DNA from: Gemmatimonadota bacterium
GTDB taxonomy: Bacteria; Gemmatimonadota; Gemmatimonadetes; Palauibacterales; Palauibacteraceae
DNA: 64,000 bases
Reading direction: 5' to 3'
Assembly: GCA_963666735.1 (NCBI GenBank)
Contig: OY762926.1
Location: 1,952,001-2,016,000, forward strand
Numbering within the stretch: position 1 is the stretch's first letter; every line of letters begins with the position of its first letter. The notes under the pieces are model-generated. The model saw nothing but the letters and a program-made list of their open reading frames with translations. It ran no database searches and was not told where the DNA came from. Made by a program: the position numbers and the translations under genes. Below, piece by piece: positions 58,180 through 64,000 of this stretch.

Positions 58180-59265
58180 ATGCGTGAATCGAAACTGCTC
58201 GTCTACGGCGCCACGGGATACACCGGACGCCTCGTGGTCGCCGAAGCGATTCGGTCCGGGCTGAGGCTCGTTGCCGGCGGCCGGGATCCGGAGAAGCTCG
58301 CCGCGCTGGCGTCGGCGACCACCGCGGCGCCCGGTCTGGAGACCCGGGCCTTCGGGCTGGACGATCCGGCGGGGCTGGCCGGCGCGCTGGAGGACATTTC
58401 GGTCGTCCTCCATTGCGCGGGACCGTTCTCGCACACGGCCCTCCCGATGTACGACGCCTGCCTGAAGACGGGCACGCACTATCTGGACATCACCGGCGAG
58501 ATCGATGTGTTCGAGGCGCTGGCCGCGCGCGGCGCGGAGGCCGCCGAGGCGGGGATCATGGTCATGCCGGGCGTGGGGTTCGACGTCGTGCCGAGCGACT
58601 GTCTCATCGCGGACCTCGCGGGGCGGCACCCCGGCGGCCGCTACCTGAGGCTGGGTCTCGCGGCCCGCTCCGGCGCCTCCCGCGGCACGATGCGGACGAT
58701 CGTCGAGGGGATCGGCCACTTCCGGATCCGGCGCGACGGCGCGGTCACGAGGGTGCGGCCCGGCCAACTGCGCCACGCGTTCGACTTCGGGCCTCCCCCG
58801 CAGGCCGCCATCGTCGGCGTGCTGGGGGACGTGTCGACGGCCTTCCATTCCACCGGAATCCCGAATATCGAGACCTACCTTCAGGCAACCCGCACGTACG
58901 TGCGCCTCACGAGAATTCTCCGCGGTTTTCGCCCGTTCCTGTCCGCCCGCATGGGACAGGCGTTGCTGAACCGCCTGATCGACCGCGGACCGGAGGGGCC
59001 GAGCGTGGCGGCGCGCCGGACGGCGCACGCGATTCTGGTCGCGGAGATCGAGGACGCGGAGGGGAAGCGCGTGGCGGCGCGGGTGCGGACGCCGGACCCG
59101 TATGGCTTCACCGCAACGGCGGCCGTCGCCATCGCGGGGCGCGCGCTCGCCGGCGACGTCGGGGCGGGTTACCAGACTCCGTCTTCCGCGTACGGCGCGG
59201 AGCTGTTGCGGGAGTTCGATGAGGTGACGTGGGAGAGGATCGACGATCAGGCGACGGCCCGGTAG
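58180..59265 (+). CDS. Saccharopine dehydrogenase-like oxidoreductase
   Basis: YGATGYTG, CAGPF, YLDITGE, GFDVVPSD, SRGT, GYQTP. Confidence 0.85.
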   Translation: MRESKLLVYGATGYTGRLVVAEAIRSGLRLVAGGRDPEKLAALASATTAAPGLETRAFGLDDPAGLAGALEDISVVLHCAGPFSHTALPMYDACLKTGTHYLDITGEIDVFEALAARGAEAAEAGIMVMPGVGFDVVPSDCLIADLAGRHPGGRYLRLGLAARSGASRGTMRTIVEGIGHFRIRRDGAVTRVRPGQLRHAFDFGPPPQAAIVGVLGDVSTAFHSTGIPNIETYLQATRTYVRLTRILRGFRPFLSARMGQALLNRLIDRGPEGPSVAARRTAHAILVAEIEDAEGKRVAARVRTPDPYGFTATAAVAIAGRALAGDVGAGYQTPSSAYGAELLREFDEVTWERIDDQATAR

Positions 59266-60305
59266 TCCTCGATCTCCCGAAAACCCAGATCCTGCAGCGC
59301 CTCCCGGATTTCGCGGCGCGCGCCGGGCGTCCCCACCGCGAGGAGCATGTACGGGCGGGCGGGCGCGCCGAACGCCGGGAGGTCCTCCGGGCGGAGGACG
59401 ACGGCTCCGTGGATGTTCTGCCCGATCTTGCGGGGATCCAGATCCACGAACGCCTCCACCGGGCGGGCGCGGCCCCCGGAGCCGTCCTGTTCGAGCCAGC
59501 CGCGCGCGAAGGCCTTGCCGACCTTCCCGGCGCCCCAGATCACGAGCGGCCGTCCCGCCGGTATGCGGCCGTTCGCGAGGTGCGCGATCTTCAGGCGCCG
59601 GAACGCGGCGGGGCTGTAGCGGTCCGACCGCTCCGACAGTCGGTGCGGACCCAGGCGCCACTCGTGCAGGACCCGCGGCACGTTCGTCATGCGGCAGCCT
59701 GCCGCGGACAGCCGCAGGATGAGGTCGTAGTCCTCCGGCCCCCCGGTCGGTCCGTCCGCGTCGCGATAGCCGCCGACCGCCTCGAAGGCGTCGCGCCGCA
59801 CCATCAGCGTGGGGTGGGCGATCGGACATTCGACGAACAGATCCCGCTCGACCGCGGCGGGCTCGATGAGCCCGTTGATCCAGCCCTCATAGCGGAGGTA
59901 GCCCGAGCCGGGCCGGGGCGGCGGGAAGTAGCGCACGCCCGTACCGCACGCGGCGATGCCGGGGCGCCGGGTCAGGAGGCGGAGTTGCGCGGCGAACCGG
60001 CCGGGGCGCGCGACGTCGTCGGCGTCCATGCGGGCGAGGAGCGGCGACCGCGCCCGCCGCGACAGCCGGCGCAGCGCCGCGACGATCCCCGACCCGTCGC
60101 GGGCGACGAGGCGGACGCGGGGGTCCCGTTCCGCCCACGCCCGGAGCAACGGCCCGGTGCCGTCTCTCGAACCGTCGTCGAGGGCGAGCACTTCGAAGCG
60201 CGACTCGGACTGTGCGGCCAGACTCTCGATGCAGGCGCCCAGGAACGGTTCGGCGTCCCGGCACGGGAGAAGGACGGAGACGCGTGGCGCGCCCGCTTCG
60301 GTCAC
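59247..60305 (-). CDS. Glycosyltransferase family 2
   Basis: VSVLLP, LDDGSRD, ARMDADD, IAHPT, EDYDL, IWGAGKVG; start overlaps the uvrA stop. Confidence 0.88.
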   Translation of the reverse strand: MTEAGAPRVSVLLPCRDAEPFLGACIESLAAQSESRFEVLALDDGSRDGTGPLLRAWAERDPRVRLVARDGSGIVAALRRLSRRARSPLLARMDADDVARPGRFAAQLRLLTRRPGIAACGTGVRYFPPPRPGSGYLRYEGWINGLIEPAAVERDLFVECPIAHPTLMVRRDAFEAVGGYRDADGPTGGPEDYDLILRLSAAGCRMTNVPRVLHEWRLGPHRLSERSDRYSPAAFRRLKIAHLANGRIPAGRPLVIWGAGKVGKAFARGWLEQDGSGGRARPVEAFVDLDPRKIGQNIHGAVVLRPEDLPAFGAPARPYMLLAVGTPGARREIREALQDLGFREIEDYRAVA

Positions 60306-63205
60306 GCCGGTTCCGCGCGGGCGACGGCCGCGTCGAGCCCGAGCCGCTCCGCCCGGGCACGGAGGAAGGCGCCCGTGCGCGAGGCCTCGGACTCCGCGAT
60401 GCTGGCCGGCGGGCCCGCCGCCACGATGCGACCTCCGTCCTCCGCGGGCCCGGGCCCCATGTCGATGACCCAGTCGGCTTCCGCGACGACGTCGAGGTTG
60501 TGCTCCACGACGACGACGGCATGCCCTTCTCCCACGAGTTCCCGCAGCACCGCGACGAGCGTGCCGACTTCCGCCACCCCGAGGCCCACGGTGGGCTCGT
60601 CGAGGATGTACAGCCGCCGGCCCGCGCTTCGCCGGCGCGCGAGTTCCCGGGCGATCTTGAGCCGCTGCGCCTCCCCTCCGGAGAGCGTCGTGGCCGGCTG
60701 GCCGAGCCGAAGGTACCCGAGACCCACCCGCTGAAGGTGCCACAGCCGGGCGCCGAGACGGTCGTGCCGGATGAAGAAGCGAATCGCCTCGTCCACGGTC
60801 ATATCGAGCGCATCGCGGATCGAGCGGCCGCGGATCCCGATCTCCAGCACCTCCGGACGGTAGCGCGAGCCCCCGCACGCCTCGCAGGGCACGGAAACAT
60901 CGGCCAGGAAGACCATCTCCACCGTCTCCTCGCCCGCGCCCTTGCAGTGCTCGCAGCGCCCGCCCGGGCGGTTGAAGGAGAAATATCCCGCCTCGTATCC
61001 GCGGGAGCGGGCTTCCGGGAGGGCGGCGTACGCGCTCCGCAGCGCCGTGAAGGCTCCGATGTACGTCGCCGGGTTCGAGCGCGGCGTACGGCCGATCGGC
61101 CGCTGGTCGACGAGCACGACGTCCTCGAGGAGTTCCGCGCCTTCGAGCCGCTCCCAGGAGCCGGCGGGCTCGCCCAGATGCGGTTTGGCGGAGGAGCGGT
61201 TCGTGATCTCCCGCTCGAGGGCGTGATAGAGCACGCCGCGGATGAGCGTCGACTTCCCGGAACCGGAGACGCCGGTGACGAGCGTGAGCGCCCCCAGGGG
61301 AATCGCCACATCCACATCCCGAACGTTGTGCAGGCGGGCGCCGCGCAGGACGAGTTCTCCCGCCGCCGCCGCTCCCCCATCCCGGGGTGCGCCGCCCCAC
61401 CGCCCGGCGGCAGCCGCCCGCCGCGCGAGGGCCTGTCCCGTTCCGGTGTCCGACGCGAGAAGGCGGTCCCAGCCACCCTCGAACACGATCTCGCCGCCCT
61501 GCTCTCCGGCTCCGGGCCCCAGTTCCACGATGCGGTCGGCCCGTTCCAGCACCGCGGGCTCGTGCTCGACGACGACGACGGTGTTCCCGCGGTTCGCGAG
61601 CCGCTCGAGGACGCCGGTGAAGGCTTGGATGTCGTGCGGGTGGAGTCCGATCGTGGGTTCGTCGAGGACGTAGAGCGTGCCGACCAGCCGGCTCCCGAGA
61701 CAGCTGGCGAGGCGGATCCTCTGCATCTCCCCCCCGGAGAGGGATCGGGCCTGCCGGTCCAGCGTGAGATACCCGAGTCCGACTTCCGCGAGAAACGAGG
61801 TCCGATGCTCGAGTTCGCGCAGGATCGTCGACGCGACCTGTCGCTGGAAGGGAGTGAGGTCGAGTCCGTCCGCGAGCCAGCCGGAGATTTCCGTTACCGT
61901 CCGCCGGGCGACTTCGGCGATGTGCCGCCCTCCCACGCGGACGTTCAGCGCCTCCGGTTTCAGGCGGTAGCCCTCGCAGCCGGCGCACCGCTCGGGAAGC
62001 TGATACTGGCGCAGAAAGACGCGGATGTACGCCTTGTACCGCTTTTTTTCCTTCGAGCGGAGAAAGGGGATCACGCCCCGGAAGCGTTCCGCCGCAAACC
62101 TTCCTCCGTTCAGCAGCACGTGGCGGCCATCCTCCGGAAGCGCCTCCCAGGGGAGCGTCGCGTCGAGCCCGGAGGCGGCGGCGAACTGTCTCAGGCGCGA
62201 GCGTTCGCGCCGGTAGCGGGGCTTCGACCACGGATCGAGCGCCCCCTCGTCCAGGGAACGGCCCGGGTCGGGGACGATGAGTTCGGGGGAGTACTCCAGC
62301 ACGGCGCCGAACCCCGTGCAGGTGTCGCACGCTCCGGCGGGGCTGTTGAAGCTGAACAACCGGGGGGTAGGCCGCGGAAAACCGGAGCCGCAGACTCCGC
62401 ATCGATAGGCCTCCTCGAAATCGCGGCGCTCGGGCGCCGAGGCGCCGCGCCGCCAGACGAGCGCGACGGCGGCGCCCCCTCCCTCGGCGAAGGCGGCCGC
62501 CAGCGAGTCCGCGATCCGTTCGCGATCCTCCGCGCGTGACGTGACCCGATCCACGACGACGAGCGCCTCCCGGGCTCGGGTCAACGCACGCACTTCTTCC
62601 CCCTTCTCGTGTTCCTCCTCTTTTTCCTCCAGGTCGATGTCCGGCAGGTAGAGTTCGCGACCGTCGGCGAGGACGCGGACGTACCCCCGTGCCCTGAGGT
62701 TTTCCACCACTCTCGCGCCGTTCCCGCGCGCTTCGCGGGGGACCGGAAAGGCGATGGCCAGCCGTGTGTCGCGACCCAGGTCGAGGAGCGCGTCGGCGGC
62801 CGACGTCACGGTGTCCGGCACGACGGAGCGCCCGCACCCGGGACACACGGTCGTCCCCACGCGCGCCCACAGCAGTCTCAGGTAGTCGTAGACCTCGGTG
62901 ATCGTGCCGACGGTGGAGCGGCTCGACTGCACCCGGTTGCTCTGGTCGATGGCGACGGAGGGACTCACGCCCTCAACGAGATCGACGGCGGGCTTCGGCA
63001 TCCGCTCGAGGAACTGCTTGGCGTAGGTGGACAGCGACTCGATGTACCGCCGCTGCCCTTCGGCATAGATCGTATCGAAGGCGAGGCTGGATTTCCCCGA
63101 GCCGGAAGGCCCCGTGAGGACGGTGAGGGCCCCACGCTCGATGTCGATGTCGATGCCCTTGAGGTTGTGCTGCCGGGCGCCTCGGACCCGGATCCGGTCG
63201 CTCAT
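60302..63205 (-). CDS. uvrA: Excinuclease ABC subunit UvrA
   Basis: GARQHNLK, GPSGSGKSS, EGQRRY, LSGGEMQR, GVSGSGKST, RTPRSNP, LSGGEAQR, CxxC Zn fingers. Confidence 0.96.
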   Translation of the reverse strand: MSDRIRVRGARQHNLKGIDIDIERGALTVLTGPSGSGKSSLAFDTIYAEGQRRYIESLSTYAKQFLERMPKPAVDLVEGVSPSVAIDQSNRVQSSRSTVGTITEVYDYLRLLWARVGTTVCPGCGRSVVPDTVTSAADALLDLGRDTRLAIAFPVPREARGNGARVVENLRARGYVRVLADGRELYLPDIDLEEKEEEHEKGEEVRALTRAREALVVVDRVTSRAEDRERIADSLAAAFAEGGGAAVALVWRRGASAPERRDFEEAYRCGVCGSGFPRPTPRLFSFNSPAGACDTCTGFGAVLEYSPELIVPDPGRSLDEGALDPWSKPRYRRERSRLRQFAAASGLDATLPWEALPEDGRHVLLNGGRFAAERFRGVIPFLRSKEKKRYKAYIRVFLRQYQLPERCAGCEGYRLKPEALNVRVGGRHIAEVARRTVTEISGWLADGLDLTPFQRQVASTILRELEHRTSFLAEVGLGYLTLDRQARSLSGGEMQRIRLASCLGSRLVGTLYVLDEPTIGLHPHDIQAFTGVLERLANRGNTVVVVEHEPAVLERADRIVELGPGAGEQGGEIVFEGGWDRLLASDTGTGQALARRAAAAGRWGGAPRDGGAAAAGELVLRGARLHNVRDVDVAIPLGALTLVTGVSGSGKSTLIRGVLYHALEREITNRSSAKPHLGEPAGSWERLEGAELLEDVVLVDQRPIGRTPRSNPATYIGAFTALRSAYAALPEARSRGYEAGYFSFNRPGGRCEHCKGAGEETVEMVFLADVSVPCEACGGSRYRPEVLEIGIRGRSIRDALDMTVDEAIRFFIRHDRLGARLWHLQRVGLGYLRLGQPATTLSGGEAQRLKIARELARRRSAGRRLYILDEPTVGLGVAEVGTLVAVLRELVGEGHAVVVVEHNLDVVAEADWVIDMGPGPAEDGGRIVAAGPPASIAESEASRTGAFLRARAERLGLDAAVARAEPA

Positions 63206-63246
63206 GGGAGCATGATGGCCGGCGGCGGCGGGGCGCGCCAACCTGA

Positions 63247-63275
63247 TTGGAACGGAGCGGCCGAGTCCGTACTAT
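63247..63275 (+). promoter_or_regulatory. Putative sigma-70 promoter of the ABC exporter
   Basis: TTGGAA-N17-TACTAT, 6 nt before the ATG at 63282. Confidence 0.55.
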
Positions 63276-63281
63276 GCGGGC

Positions 63282-64000
63282 ATGCAGACACCGGACGGTC
63301 CCCTCCAGGAGGAAGAAGCGCTCGGGAAGGCGTATGACGCCCGTCTCATGAAGCGTCTGCTCGGGTACCTGAGACCGTACCGGGGCAAGGTCGCGATCGC
63401 GGTGCTGATGCTCGTGGCGGCCTCCGGTCTCGCGCTCGTCGGCCCCTGGCTGACGATGGAAGTCATCGACCACGCGATCCCGGACGGCGATTTCCGCGCC
63501 CTCCGCAACCTGTCCGTCCTCTTCTTCGTTTCGCTCCTCCTCTCCGGACTGCTGGAATATGGACGCACGATCCTGACGACGTGGATCGGGCAGAACGTGA
63601 TGCTCGACCTGCGGCAGGAGATCTTCCGGCACCTGCAGCGCCTGCGGCTCGCGTACTTCGACCGGAATCCGGTCGGACGCCTGATGACGCGGCTCACGAG
63701 CGACGTCGAGGTCCTGAACGAGATGTTCACTTCCGGCGTCGTCACGATCTTCGGGGACGTGTTCACCGTCGCCTTCATCATGATCGCCATGCTCATCATG
63801 GACTGGCGGCTCGCCCTCGTGACGTTCGCGGTTCTCCCCCTCGTGTTCGTGGCCGCCTGGCTCTTCCGGAAGAAGGTGCGAGAGGCGTACCGCGACATCC
63901 GGATCCGGCTCGCGCGCATCAACGCCTTCCTGCAGGAACGGATCACGGGCGTGCGCGTCGTGCAGTTGTTCCGGCAGGAGCGGACGGCGACGAACTGGTT
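63282..64000 (+). CDS. ABC exporter permease/ATP-binding protein (runs off the right edge)
   Basis: Manual translation: EEEALGKAYDARLMKRLLGYLRPY..GQNVMLDLR..FDRNPVGRLMTRLTSDVE..INAFLQERITGVRVVQLF. Confidence 0.9.
   Translation, partial: MQTPDGPLQEEEALGKAYDARLMKRLLGYLRPYRGKVAIAVLMLVAASGLALVGPWLTMEVIDHAIPDGDFRALRNLSVLFFVSLLLSGLLEYGRTILTTWIGQNVMLDLRQEIFRHLQRLRLAYFDRNPVGRLMTRLTSDVEVLNEMFTSGVVTIFGDVFTVAFIMIAMLIMDWRLALVTFAVLPLVFVAAWLFRKKVREAYRDIRIRLARINAFLQERITGVRVVQLFRQERTATNW

Noticed and set aside
59247..62870. 1207-aa ORF as a giant glycosyltransferase fusion
   Set aside because: Only the last 352 aa are GT2; the rest is an alternative frame of uvrA.
1..64000. rRNA, tRNA, IS elements, CRISPR arrays
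   Set aside because: None recognised by eye; intergenic gaps are short and no transposase motifs were seen. Small ncRNAs cannot be excluded without covariance searches.

Overview
Gene-dense, very GC-rich bacterial chromosome segment. Gene order and the secreted 6-bladed beta-propeller genes suggest Gemmatimonadota, possibly a host-associated lineage; this is inference only. From left to right: (1) a minus-strand cluster running TonB-like, comEA, pilB, pilT, pilC, orf, pilA, three minor pilins, pilMNOPQ, aroC, aroK, topA, xerC, hslV, with pilQ split by a 1-bp frameshift; (2) tdh and kbl separated by about 3.9 kb of broken beta-propeller genes, remnants and a lipoprotein; (3) rpe, moeB/moeZ, a cobalamin-binding-like gene and two toxin-antitoxin modules (BrnTA, VapBC-like); (4) serA, a class V aminotransferase, two small unknown genes (one ubiquitin-like), an AGCS symporter, a degenerate DEAD-box/DbpA protein, a K+ channel, an SSS pseudogene, a PspA-like gene and csoR-copA; (5) apgM, ccmABCD, a sigma-70 factor, secreted M20 and creatininase-family hydrolases, an AAA_14 ATPase, VKOR-DsbA, the gyrA cluster, GT2, uvrA and an ABC exporter running off the right edge. 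I saw no rRNA, tRNA, CRISPR array or transposase. The most notable observations are DxDGDG Ca-binding-like motifs in both the major pilin and the secretin, a GyrA Ser83Leu-equivalent codon, the ubiquitin-like two-gene unit, the catalytically degenerate DEAD-box protein, a diverged gene-fragment scar flanking brnTA, and several apparently leaderless promoters. All calls are by eye from motifs; no searches were run.
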